Shown here piece after piece: positions 39,690 to 51,939 of a stretch of DNA of 64,000 bases (the stretch's first letter is position 1; the number at the start of each line of letters is the position of its first letter). The notes under the pieces are model-generated. The model was not told the DNA's origin. It saw only the letters and a program-made list of their open reading frames with translations, and did not search any database. The position numbers were made by a program, and so were the translations under genes. Source of the DNA: Rhynchobatus australiae (lineage: Eukaryota); contig JAUZTB010000042.1 of assembly GCA_034780895.1 (NCBI GenBank), positions 12,669,974-12,733,973 of the forward strand, read 5' to 3'.

Positions 39690-40470
39690 AAAGGCCATAG
39701 AGTTGTACAGTACAGAGACAGAGCTTTTGGCCCACTGTATCTATGCTAATCCCACTTGCCTGCATTAATTGCATATCCCTCTACACCTTGCTCATTTAAT
39801 TACCTGTCCAGATACCCCTCAAATGCTGTTGCTGTTACTGTTCCTGCCTCCACCTCCATCTTTGGCAGCTCATTGCAGATGCCAATTACTGTGTGTGTGT
39901 CCCCTCTCACCTTAAACCTCTGCCCTCTTGTTTTAGCCACCCTTGCCATGGAAAAACAGACTGACTATCTACCCTAACTACACCTCCTCATATTTTTATA
40001 TACTTCCTATCATGTCATTTCTCAGTCTCCTTTGCTCCAAGGAAGACAGATCCAGCCTATTCAATCTCTCCTTAAAACTCAAGGCCCTCCAATCCAGGCA
40101 ACATCCTTGTGAATCTTTCTGGCACGCTCCTTCACTTAATCACATCTCTCCTGAAGTGTGGCAACCAGAACTGCACAGAAGACTCCAAGTGCAGAGTAAC
40201 AAACATTTTGTACAACTGTAAAATGATGTCCCACTCTTGTACTCCATGCCTTGACCAGGAAAGCCATATGCCTTCACCCCATCTACCTGTTGTACCGCTT
40301 TTGGGGAACTATGTATGTGTACCCCAAGGAGTCTCTGTTCAACAATACTCCCCAGGGCTCTGCCATTCCCTCCTATGTCCTGCCCTTGTTAAACTTCCAA
40401 AAATCCTTTCACTTTGCACTTGTCTGAGTTAAATTCCAAGTGCCATTCCCTTGCCCTTTTTCCCAGTTGA
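39690..40470 (-). mobile_element. CR1 LINE 3' region
   Basis: Minus-strand WHLEFNSDKCKV; plus-strand tccaatccaggcaacatccttgtgaatct and gtggcaaccagaactgcac motifs. Confidence 0.8.
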
Positions 40471-41214
40471 TNNNNNNNNNNNNNNNNNNNNNNNNNNNNN
40501 NNNNNNNNNNNNNNNNNNNNNNNNNNNNNNNNNNNNNNNNNNNNNNNNNNNNNNNNNNNNNNNNNNNNNNNNNNNNNNNNNNNNNNNNNNNNNNNNNNNN
40601 NNNNNNNNNNNNNNNNNNNNNNNNNNNNNNNNNNNNNNNNNNNNNNNAGGTACATTCCCTGATACTTGCCTGCAGATTTCACTTGTGACCTCCTGGTGCA
40701 TAATCAGCCCGATCCCACTAGCTTGGATTTGCTCTGTTGGCATCCTTGTGATGCTCAATGGGGAAAACGCAATCTCCCAAAGACTTCCCAGCTCGCAGGC
40801 CGGAAAAGCTGCCCCTGAACCTGTGCTGGGCTGAGCCATCACAAGCATTACTTTCTCTTCAAATAAATGGGCAATATTGGCTCCCGAGAGAGATGAACAT
40901 AAATTGACTTGTTCTCATCTTCCTTGCACATTTGGACTGTTGGTGAATGGTTTCTTGCATCATTCGCAAACATTAAACTTGATTACGCTGACTGCCCTAA
41001 CAGCCAGTAGGGCTGGGAGCTGGGGTCTCTTCAGTTGCCACTGCAGCAGGGCCATGTTGAAGTGGTCCCAGGAGAATACTATTCCTGGCACCAAGGTGGA
41101 ACCAATGCAGCAGCTGGTCAGCATGAGGGCAGCACAAGATCTGCCCCACATGTTCCAAAAATATTGGCTGTGGAGGAAATGCTGCTTTCCATATTCTGTT
41201 ACAGAGTAGAAAGG

Positions 41215-41317
41215 GGTATTGGTTTATTATTGTCACTTGTACCGAGGTACAGTGGAAAAACTTGTCTTGCAAACCGATCATACAGGTCAATTCATTACAC
41301 AGTGCAGTTACATTGAG
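41215..41317 (-). mobile_element. Rex/Babar-type 3' tail
   Basis: Same sequence family as 32555-32768. Confidence 0.7.
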
Positions 41318-43799
41318 TCCATTGCCAGTGCTCAGCAATCCCATTTCTCCCCCCGCCCTCGAATTTTTTTCCCCCCATAACATTCTCGACCAAATTCTGC
41401 CACTTGCCTACACATTATAGTGTTACTTTGCAGTACCAATTAGATGACCAACTGACGCATCTTTTGGGATGTGGATGGAAACCAGAGAGCCACGTGGTCA
41501 TTGGGAGANNNNNNNNNNNNNNNNNNNNNNNNNNNNNNNNNNNNNNNNNNNNNNNNNNNNNNNNNNNNNNNNNNNNNNNNNNNNNNNNNNNNNNNNNNNN
41601 NNNNNNNNNNNNNNNNNNNNNNNNNNNNNNNNNNNNNNNNNNNNNNNNNNNNNNNNNNNNNNNNNNNNNNNNNNNNNNNNNNNNNNNNNNNNNNNNNNNN
41701 NNNNNNNNNNNNNNNNNNNNNNNNNNNNNNNNNNNNNNNNNNNNNNNNNNNNNNNNNNNNNNNNNNNNNNNNNNNNNNNNNNNNNNNNNNNNNNNNNNNN
41801 NNNNNNNNNNNNNNNNNNNNNNNNNNNNNNNNNNNNNNNNNNNNNNNNNNNNNNNNNNNNNNNNNNNNNNNNNNNNNNNNNNNNNNNNNNNNNNNNNNNN
41901 NNNNNNNNNNNNNNNNNNNNNNNNNNNNNNNNNNNNNNNNNNNNNNNNNNNNNNNNNNNNNNNNNNNNNNNNNNNNNNNNNNNNNNNNNNNNNNNNNNNN
42001 NNNNNNNNNNNNNNNNNNNNNNNNNNNNNNNNNNNNNNNNNNNNNNNNNNNNNNNNNNNNNNNNNNNNNNNNNNNNNNNNNNNNNNNNNNNNNNNNNNNN
42101 NNNNNNNNNNNNNNNNNNNNNNNNNNNNNNNNNNNNNNNNNNNNNNNNNNNNNNNNNNNNNNNNNNNNNNNNNNNNNNNNNNNNNNNNNNNNNNNNNNNN
42201 NNNNNNNNNNNNNNNNNNNNNNNNNNNNNNNNNNNNNNNNNNNNNNNNNNNNNNNNNNNNNNNNNNNNNNNNNNNNNNNNNNNNNNNNNNNNNNNNNNNN
42301 NNNNNNNNNNNNNNNNNNNNNNNNNNNNNNNNNNNNNNNNNNNNNNNNNNNNNNNNNNNNNNNNNNNNNNNNNNNNNCTGACTCAAAGATATTAAGTTTA
42401 GTTTTAAGCTGCAGCTAATAAGAATTATTTTCTCAGTAGTTGTTTGGCTTTAATGTCACAAGACTGACAAACATATTGAATGTTTTCTTTGTAATTATTT
42501 GTGAAGAGTATTGTTGGATTTAAGGTAGGGTGGGGCTTGAATCAAGGAGATGTGACATTGGATAATGTTTCTTGGGAATTTTACTTTTTGTCCTTTTGGT
42601 CAGAGTTTTCAGTGAAGCTTGAACAAGAGGAAAATTGGAGCAATTGTGGGAGAGGAGGCAAGCACATATGCTCAGTACGACTTAAAATTCTGTAGCATCT
42701 TTTAATAGAGCAGTATATACCCAAGGAGTCTTCATTGTCCAAGTCTGAATTGAGTGGGGCAAAGTTAGAGGAGGTGACTGAAAACACATTTGAAGAAGTA
42801 GGTTTTAAGGAGGCTATTTGAAAGTATTGGAGAGGGAGTTTTATGTTGTCAGGGGAAGATGCTAAAATGCTTGTCACTCTAGGGAGGGTGAACAGCCCCT
42901 CTTCCAGCTGAGCAGTGGACACCAGCAAAGTTGTCAGACTTTGCATGTTTGCTTCTTTCTCCTCTGTGTCAGTATCTAAACTACAGGAAAGCGACTATGC
43001 TTGTGGTGGGAAGACTATTATTCTTGCTGTGACTTTCTTCCATGGAGACTGACTCTCTGCTAAGTTCCACACAAATGTTTCTGTAGCACAGATCTGTTGG
43101 TCTCTTGGTACAATTCTTAAGGTGGTCCCAACTAATATTACATGTGCTCCATCTTCTAACTGTTTATTAATTTGTATCTTTTATAGTATGTTTGTGTGTT
43201 TATCACCACATTAATCTCTCAGACTTTGGATTCAGTTTGCATAATTGAGGTTGAGATTTCGGTAGTTGTATTCTGTAGTAATTCTCAGAAGGAAAAATCA
43301 AGAACAAAAACACATCTCCTGAATTAAATGATACAGAAAATTGGCAGATATTGGTCTGTACCAAGAAATCTAGGAAGTGCTTCCTATTATGTACATTTTA
43401 AAACAGTGNNNNGTTGTGTATCCGTATGTGCGGTGAACTTAAATTCCAAAGTTCCCAGGAGAGTGTCAAGTTTCCTTGTGTAATGCCATGCTGTGTTATT
43501 TTCAGTGGAGCATTGTCCATTCATCTGTTATGAGGTCTTGCAGCTGCCAGAACTTAACCTTGCAGCTGCAGCCTTGAGACTTGGCCTTTTAAAGTGACCT
43601 ACTGTAATGTAAGAAGCACCCTTCTGGCAGCAGGAATCCACTTCTGTTGAGAGTATAGATGCTGTATTGATGGAAGTGGATGGGGGAGTGCTGCCAGGTC
43701 ACAGATTGGCTAGGATAGAACTTGTCTACAGGTGGCTTGCTTTGTTGCAGGGGTGTACAGGGATACAGCAGGGCTCTCCTGGTAATAAGTTGCTAGGGA

Positions 43800-44130
43800 G
43801 GTCACTATATGAGAAGGCAGTATTTGGCCCCTCATGCTGTGTTGCCATTCAATAAGATCTTTTACCTTGGTGTCACTTTCCTGCACTATCCCCACATCCC
43901 CTGATCTCCTTTTAATATCTAATAAAAATCCATCAATCTGTTTTGAATGTATTCTTGTGACCTGACCCTCCATACCCTTCTTGCCTAGTGGGTTACAAAG
44001 ATTTCTTGCCCTCTAAGGAAACTCTTCTCGTGTTTGTCCTGAATGGCCAACCCCTTTTTGAGGCTGTGACCCCTGGCCGAGGCACCCCCAGCCAGGGGAA
44101 AGGCCAACTCCGCATCTACTGACCGCTCCT
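43800..44130 (-). mobile_element. CR1 3' fragment
   Basis: gccattcaataagatc..tcctgaatggccaacccc..gctgtgacccctgg. Confidence 0.6.
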
Positions 44131-44514
44131 CTGTTCCTGCTGAAGTGCTGGGAATATGGTTCAGATGAGCTGGGGCATTGCACCAAGAGCCGGGTGGAGC
44201 GCATAGCTGAGGTGAAACATAAACTGGGAATGTGGGTGTAATGCTATCCCTTGCAGGGAATAACTCTGTCAGCAAGTGTGAGGTGCCCTTGGTGTTGCTG
44301 TACAACAGGTGTGGCCCATATCCTGCTGTGAAGCTGCACCAGTCATCAGATCATGCCCACAGGCATGCACTGTAAGTGTCTCCTCCAGGACCTATGAATC
44401 AGATTTCCCACAGCTGTCACTTGCCCTGATCTCGGTACCAGCCTTCCAATTCCTGTTGTGTCACCCCTGCACTTTCAATGTGCACTTTCCTCTGTGCACT
44501 CTGAAGAGGCAAAG

Positions 44515-44593
44515 CATTGGTTTTGGCTTGTTATTGTCACTTGTACCGAGGTACAGTGGAAAAACTTGTCTTTCATTCCGATCGTACAGGTCA
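44515..44593 (-). mobile_element. Rex/Babar-type 3' tail at a contig end
   Basis: ttattgtcacttgtaccgaggtacagtggaaaaacttgtc running into the gap next to ERG exon 1. Confidence 0.7.
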
Positions 44594-44693
44594 NNNNNNN
44601 NNNNNNNNNNNNNNNNNNNNNNNNNNNNNNNNNNNNNNNNNNNNNNNNNNNNNNNNNNNNNNNNNNNNNNNNNNNNNNNNNNNNNNNNNNNNN

Positions 44694-44720
44694 CGCGACG
44701 TGGCCCCGGCGGACCGGCAT
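44694..44720 (-). CDS. Start of coding exon 1 (PAS-cap N-terminus) of an ERG-subfamily voltage-gated potassium channel, KCNH2/KCNH6/KCNH7 (paralog not assignable); truncated by an assembly gap
   Basis: Minus strand reads gacacc ATG CCG GTC CGC CGG GGC CAC GTC GCG = MPVRRGHVA, identical to the N-terminus shared by ERG1/2/3 (MPVRRGHVAPQNT...). It has A at -3, lies in a CpG island, and runs into Ns at 44693. Confidence 0.9.
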
Positions 44721-44765
44721 GGTGTCGGCGAGCCGGCCTCTGCTGCTGCCGCCGCCGCCGCCGCT

Positions 44766-44801
44766 TCAGCCCAGGAAGCCGGCCTCCTCCCGCAGCTCCA
44801 T
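44766..44801 (-). other. Candidate upstream ORF MELREEAGFLG*, in frame with the channel ATG
   Basis: gcggcg ATG G context at 44801, TGA at 44768-44766, 81 nt upstream of the main ATG. Translation is not shown. Confidence 0.5.
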
Positions 44802-46840
44802 CGCCGCCGCCCACGGCACGCCCCCTCCCCTCCCTCCGGCTCCGTCAGCCGCTCCGCACACACTGGCCGCCCGGCAGACGGTGCCGGCGATGCTGTGGCT
44901 CCCGCTCCGCAGTACAACTGGGCTGCGCTCCCCACATCGGCTGCCTGGATCCGCCTCCCTCGCCCCGCCTGCTGTCGCGGGTGCGATTGATCGGCTGGGG
45001 AGGAAGTTCCGTGACGAATACAAATAGATTACTTGTGAAACTCGTGCTGAATTCCGAGTACAGATCTCCATTAGAACGCCGGGTGAGGGTCAGACGGAGG
45101 TCACACCAACTCCATCCATGGGGGGCACCCCGCCCGGAGAGGCGTGTGTCACCCCCTGCGCAAGTTTGCGGACAGACGGCGAGGTGTGGGGATGGTTTTC
45201 AAATGGACACTGCAGCGTGAAATGCCCGCTCACGCCCTCAAGAAGACGGTCCTTCACCCGGGACTGTTGATGAGGGCAGCTGCACTTTACATTCTTCCAA
45301 ACGAGGGGGAGGGTGGAACGTGTCTAAATTTACACACGTTTAAAAATAAATTGGCCCAGTGCATGCGCTGACTCTTGAGGTGGGGATACTGAGGAGTGAG
45401 ACGTTTCCCGGCTCGTGTGTGGCGGTGTGAAGTCCCCCCGACGATGCCGAGTCAAACAGCGAGGCCAGGTACAGCCGGGAGTGCTCAGCTCCCTTGGCAC
45501 CGCCACATCAAACACTCCGAGCATCCAAAAGGATTCAAAATCAGTAAAGACCCTTTCTTATCAAACACTCCCCAGAGGTGTTAACACAAGATAGATGCTG
45601 AATCAAGTTCCATTTCATTGTGTCTTCAAACACTCCCAGGAGCAGCACGGAATGAGTTAGATGCAGAATAAAACACAAAACACTCTCGCAGATGGGAAAT
45701 CGTATGGATTGGATACAGATAGTAAAATGCTGTTACAAAACTCCAAGTAAATATGGACGAGGGTTCATTCAGAGTGAAATGAATTATTCGTGTATACCAC
45801 AGCTTGGGTAAACAGAAGCATCTTCCACACAATCCCTCAATGTTTTGGTAGCCTCTTTAAAGTGCCCTGGGTTCCCTTGTGAAATACTCCATTTGATGTC
45901 CGAACAACTGGAACCCACAGCAGATCAAGCGGCATGTTTCAGCAAGAAGATGTTTCAGATCAAGTTTCAGACCAACACACAGGCTGGGAGTCCTCAATAT
46001 CGACTGCAGACCCCACGAAGTCTCACAGCATCAGTGGAAACCTCCTCCTGATTACTGTCAGCTGAGAAATTGCTGTTCTTCCATATTGAACAACGCTCAG
46101 AAGCAGAGAGAAATGCAAGGGCACAGAAGGTACCTGGTGGGGACTTCATTGTCCATGTTCATCAAGCAAGAAGATGTTTCAGATCAAAGACCTTTCATCA
46201 GAACAAATTAGCCTTAAGTTGCAGAGAAAGTGGGAGAAGGTTAGACTGGACGTAGGGAATATCTAGTAGGGTGACCGTGGAAGTAAACTGTTGAAGTATT
46301 TGGTTGATGGGTTAGTGAGAGCAGTCCCAGGAAGCAGCACCAATGACAGGTGGCAGTGCCCTTTAAGGATCAAGTCCTACAAAGGTCTAAATCTGAAGAG
46401 ATATTTTGCTGCGATTGTCAGCTATGGCTCCACTGGTGGCATTCCAATTCAAGAGAAGATATTGCATTCAAGCCTCCCTCCAAAGACTCGGAGTGTTTGC
46501 CGGTGCCTTTTCTTTGAGCCATGCGCCTGTCGGACAAGCTGTTGAACCAAAGCCCATGAGCTTCCCGCAGAGACGGTGGTCTGTACTTGGGTGTGTGATG
46601 GTTGGCTCAGACTTGGTGAGACAAAGGGCAGGTTCCTGTGTTGTGTGACCTACAACTAAGGAATGTAACAGCTGTGGAGTGCAGTGCTGTAGGGAATGCC
46701 CAGGCAAGGCCATGGGAGAGAAAAACCAGCCAATGTCACAGATGGATGACCTACGGCACCGACCAGTTCTGACATCGACAAAAAGCCAGTTACCTGAATC
46801 TGTGGAATTCAACACATCCAAAAGGCTACAACATGCCCTC

Positions 46841-47127
46841 TGGCATTGGTTTTGGAATTGGTTTATTATTGTCACTCCTACCAAGGTCCAGTGAAAAACT
46901 TGTCTGGCATACCGATCGTACAGGTCAATTCATTACACAGTGCAGTTACATTGAATTAGTACAGAGTGCATTGAGGTAGTACAGGTAAAAACAATAACAG
47001 TACAGAGGAAAGTGTCACAGCTACAGAGACAGTGCAGGTAGATAATATGGTGCAAGGTCACAAGGTAGATTGTGAGGGCAGAGTCCATCTCATCATGTAA
47101 GGGAATTGTTAAATAGTCTTATCACAG
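46841..47127 (-). mobile_element. Rex/Babar-type LINE 3' UTR
   Basis: Longest copy of the family in the window, with a short attggt-type repeat tail at 46841-46865. Confidence 0.7.
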
Positions 47128-47399
47128 TCTGATAGTTGGCCTGTCCTCATGAGTTTCCTTGTGTAAGACCTGAACAAGTAGTCTGCAATGGCTTGGGCTT
47201 TGTGAACTACCAGATTTTATGGTGGCAGTTCTTTCCAGTGGCATGTGTAACTTTGAGAATAAAGGTCTGTGAATAGCTATTGACTTGGCTCCATCTTTCC
47301 CCATCTAACTTTGAGTCTAACACTTGATAGTGTTGGACGTTAAGTTATACTTTTTGTTTGGATGTGGTTTTCATCCTATTTTGGGTGGAGCTAGTCTGG

Positions 47400-48845
47400 G
47401 TACTGTAGTTCATCCTATGCCTCTAATGGTACCAGGAAATGGCGGAGAGAGTCACTCAGTTGCACCATCACCACTTAAAATAGGAAAAGTATGACGAAAT
47501 GAGCCATTGAATTCAGACATGGCAAAGTCACCGTCAAATCAGTTAACCTTGCAAACATCTGGAGGTGGGTGTCAAAATTGGAAGAGCTGTACCACAGGCT
47601 AATTGGCGATGACTTGGTGATGAAATCGTACCTTGCAGACTGCCTCCATCACAAACTCTGGATCTGTCCTCTTCTATGTGCAGGGCAGACCCACCAGAGG
47701 GGGCAGTACAGTCATGTACAGGCAGGACAAAGTAGTCCTGGGCGTCTTCAGCATTGACTCTAGATGCCACAAAGTTTTAGGGCATCAGGCCAGACGTGGC
47801 CTAGGAAACCTCATCCTGATTACCATATATTGTAACTGATGAATTGGTGCCCCTCTGTATTGAACAGAGGAAGTGTTGAAAGTAGCAAGGGACAGAATGT
47901 ACTTGGGTTGGGTACTTCCATGTCCACCACAGAGAGTGGCTTCATAGCACCACCACTGAGCTGGCTGAATTCTAAAGGATTTAGCTACTAGATTTGGTCT
48001 GCACCAGGTAGTGATGAAGTATCATCTTATTGAAAGGTTGAGTAGGTACGAGGGGCCATATAGCCTCCCCTTGCATCTATTTGTGTTTTCATGGGCTGAG
48101 CAGTAGCAAGTAACATTCATACTAATAAAGTGCCAGACAATGACTCTCTCCAACAGGACTGAGTCCCATCTCCTACTCTTGACGTTCAATGGCATTACCA
48201 TCGCTGAGTCTCCATCGATATCTGGGGGTCGCCACTGGCCAAGAATTCAAATGGACCATCCACATAAATACTGTGCCTGTATGAGTAAGTCAGAGTTAGG
48301 GTATCACATTTGGGTGGTATGGAGTTGGAAAGGTGGCGACTTGCTTATCAAAGTCTTTGCACCATCTACAACATACATTGGGAGAGTGATTTAAGTACTC
48401 TTCAATTTACCCTGATCAGTGCAGCCCAAACAATATTGAAGAAGTTTGACACCATCCAGGACAAAGCAGCTCATTTGATTGGTAACCAGTCATCACCCTA
48501 ATTAATCGATCCCTTCATCACCAGCTAAGGGTGGCTTTTGTATGTACAGTCCGCAAAATGCACTACTGTTGCTCACCCAAACTACTGCAACAGCACCTCC
48601 CAAACCCAGAACCTCTTCCACCAGGCAGGATGAGGGCAGCAGGTGGTGCATGGAAACACCCCCAACTGCATCCTGACCTTGAAACATATCACCGTGCTTT
48701 CATCATTGCTGTGTTTAAATCCTGGAATATTTTACACCATAGCACTGAGAGCTCTCACTAGAGGACTGCAGTGGTTCAAGATAGCTCATCACTATCTTAA
48801 CGAGGGCAATAAATGCTGGCCTTGCCGGTCATGCCCAGATACCAA
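47400..48845 (+). mobile_element. L2/CR1-like LINE remnant (endonuclease region, internal deletion, RT C-terminus, 3' tail)
   Basis: LGNLILITIY, LTFNGITIAESP and LKKFDTIQDKAAHLIG segments; tail ggcaataaatgctggccttgcc. Confidence 0.7.
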
Positions 48846-49199
48846 CAATGGAATATATGAAACAATCTTTCCCTCATCAGTCTTTCAGCCAAGTGCTCAT
48901 CTTAGTAACTTGCATATCCCCATGTTGCACTTGGTAGGAGTAATAATTCGGAGATTTTATCCATTGAGTTCCTGTACTTGGGCTTCTAGATCCGGGGACT
49001 GTCCAAAAGGACCTCTTACTGTATCTACTCTACCCCATAATGTGACCAGTATGAACTACATCAGCAGATTTCATTTCCATATCCTTCCAATCTGTTTGGA
49101 GGTGTTCACTGCCTGACAATGTGACGAGGGAATCTACTTATCTTCTAAAGATTGGATCTTTTGGAACTGCGAGAGTACACTTCCCCTCCTGCTCCCCTA

Positions 49200-50120
49200 G
49201 GATTTACAGAGGGATCTTGATCAGCTGGGTATATGGAGTTTAATTTGGATAAGTACGAGGTGTTGCATTTTGCGAAGATGAATGAGGGTAGGACGTTCAC
49301 AGTGAATGGTAGGGCCTTGGGGAGTGTTGTAGAACAGAGGGACCTAGGAATACAAGTACCGAGTTCTCTGAAAGTGGCATTGCAGGTAGGCAGGGTACTG
49401 AAGACTTCTGCCTTCATCAGTCAGGACACTGATGATAGAAGTTGGGATGTTATGTTGCAGTTGTACAAGATGTTGGCAAGGCCACATTTGGAAAACTGTG
49501 TTCAGTTTTGGTCTCCCTGCTATAGTAAAGATGACATTAAGTTAGAAAGAGTGCAGAGGAGATTTACGAGGATGTTGGCAGGACTCAAGGGAATGAGTTA
49601 TGGAGAGAGGTTGAGTATTTTGGGACTTTATTTCATTGGAGCATAGGAGAATGAGGGGTGATCCTATAGGTGTATAAAATTATGAGGGGCATGGTTAGGC
49701 TGAAAGCACATGGTCTTTTTCCAAGGGTTGGNNNNNNNNNNNNNNNNNNNNNNNNNNNNNNNNNNNNNNNNNNNNNNNNNNNNNNNNNNNNNNNNNNNNN
49801 NNNNNNNNNNNNNNNNNNNNNNNNNNNNNNNAAGGGTTGGGGAATCAAGAAATAGAGGGCATAACTTTCAAGTGAGAGGGGAGAGATTTAATAGGAACCT
49901 GAGGGGCAAATTTTTTCACCCAGAGTCAGTATCTGGAATGAGCTGCCAGAGGTGGTGGTTGAGGCAGGTACGTTAACAACATTGGAAAGGTATTTGGATA
50001 GGTACTTGGATAGGAAAGGCTGAGAGGGATATGGGTCATGCAGGCAAATGGGACTGGCGTGGATGGCAATCATGGACCAGTTAGGCCAGAGGGCCTGTTT
50101 CTGTGCTATATGACTCTGAC
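49200..50120 (+). mobile_element. CR1 LINE RT C-terminus and 3' end
   Basis: MEFNLDKYEVLHF..LYKMLARPHLENCVQFWSPCY..LERVQRRFTRM; tail ggccagagggcctgtttctgtgctatatgactct. Confidence 0.9.
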
Positions 50121-51939
50121 AGCATTCCTGTGCCAAAGAGGCTTAGCAACTGTTTAACCTGTGTCTGGTCCCAGCACCTCCTTGAAGCAGGTAATCTTCA
50201 CTCTTCCATTAGTATTTGCTGAATAAATAACATCCAATACAGCAAATTTGGCAATTGCAAATCATATAATTTAGCATCTAGTCATTAATATTCCCATTCA
50301 GAGAAAGGGCTTGTATTACCCAAAGGCAGAGACCAGCTGGTTTGTATTTACCCTCTTTGCATCAGCGGATCAGCAGGTTTGTACTAGATTGCAATCACCA
50401 GGCAATGTTTGACACATTTTGTCACTAACCTGCAAGTTTTGTTTCTTCAGTGTCTGCATAGCACAGATGGGTAGTCTCGAAGCCAGATGGTTGGAGAGAT
50501 GGACTCAACTGTAGTGAAAATGCTGGGCTTGATTCTTTTGGTGATGATGGAATGTGCTAACTTGGGTCAGAGAGTGTTGATCAAGTTGGAAAATAACATT
50601 GCAACAGATTCTTTCCTGCACAGTTATGGTGGGAAGTGACATTTGACCAGCTAGAGATGTCATGGGTGCTATCACAGTGACTGTAAATGAACAACATCCC
50701 TGCTGTGATCTTTTTTAAAGCTTATAAATGCCTCTTAATGGAATGAAAAGATTGTACATTAAAATAATATCTTGCTATTGATTTGGCGTATTAATTTTTG
50801 AAGTTGAACTGTTCTGAAGTTTTTCTCTGTAATGTGGGGGAAATGCTTACCATTTGGTGCATTGGCTTTTGGTATTTACTGCTAACTGAACTGTGGGTTC
50901 TGCCTGCATACTTTCTCAACACCTCCCGTTGCTTTACGCTTCCAGTATGAGGTTTAACATAAACTCAATAGGATCACAACAGCGTAGCACTCCCTCAGCA
51001 ATGGAGTGACAGGCAAGATTACATGCCGAAGTTTCTGGAATGGGATTTTTAACCTGCCATCTCCTAACACAGAGGAATGAGTGCTATTGCTGAGTCTAAA
51101 TTGACACTTATGTTTGTGCTCCAACACAAGTTACAGTGCTAAAATTGTCATGAAATCTTGTGAAAGCAAGCCTTCTGGAACAATGTGAAGATTTTCTCCC
51201 ATGTTTCCATCTTATTCAGACCTTTTGTTTTGGCAGTTTGGAGTGCTGTAATTAAAATGACAAGATTGAGTCGTAAGTGACTGCCAAATCTCTCTGTGTG
51301 CACCTTGTTGAAGTGTTTTCAGCTTGTCTTGTGACACTTAACCCAGCAGCAAAAAGAAATTGTCAAGAAAATGCTTCAACGCAGCTTGATGCTTTCTCAC
51401 ATTCATTGCATAAAAATATTGGAATCTTGTATCTGTATTCCTCAGACACTCAAAGTATGAAATATAATAAAATTGTACATTCTCTCCCCAGTACTAGGTA
51501 GTTGCAAAGCAAAGACAAACACACAATGGTGCCCACGTGAATGCTGTCTGTTTTGAGCAATCGTGAGATTGTAATTTGATTAAAATCATCGTACTATGTT
51601 TGAAAAGACCATGTAAATATTCTTGATGTTACAGATTGGAGTGTGAGCGTGATTCCCATTATACATCTGAAAGTTGGGCTCTTTGAACCTGACCTTGCTG
51701 ATAACAAAGTTCTATTGCCAACTTTCCTGTGTTAATTAGTATTTGTTGGTCCAACAGCTGTACAACCATCTGGACACCAACCATTGATTTTTTTTAAAAG
51801 GTTTCCAAGCCAAACAGTCTCTCATAAACATTGTTGCCATCCTCTGAGGAAGAGCATGCCCATGTAACTTTAGATGAAGGTTCCCAGTAGCTGAAATGTA
51901 AACTTGAGGAATTGTATCTTGCTGAAGAGAGGAGCAGAA

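Larger units (their letters stand above)
44694..45520 (-). promoter_or_regulatory. CpG island: 5' UTR and promoter of the ERG-family gene
   Basis: Abrupt very GC- and CpG-rich stretch in an otherwise CpG-depleted window. It includes a (GCC)n run at ~44748-44764, GC-box-like cgccccgcc at ~44961 and a GGAAGT ETS-like motif at ~45002. Confidence 0.85.

Noticed and set aside
45030-45052. REST/RE1 site in the channel promoter
   Set aside because: Only a left-half-like TTCAGCAC is present on the minus strand; the GGACAG half is missing.
44309-45220. Plus-strand Pro/Arg/Ala-rich ORFs across the CpG island
   Set aside because: Stop-poor GC-rich sequence. The recognisable coding frame is MPVRRGHVA on the minus strand.
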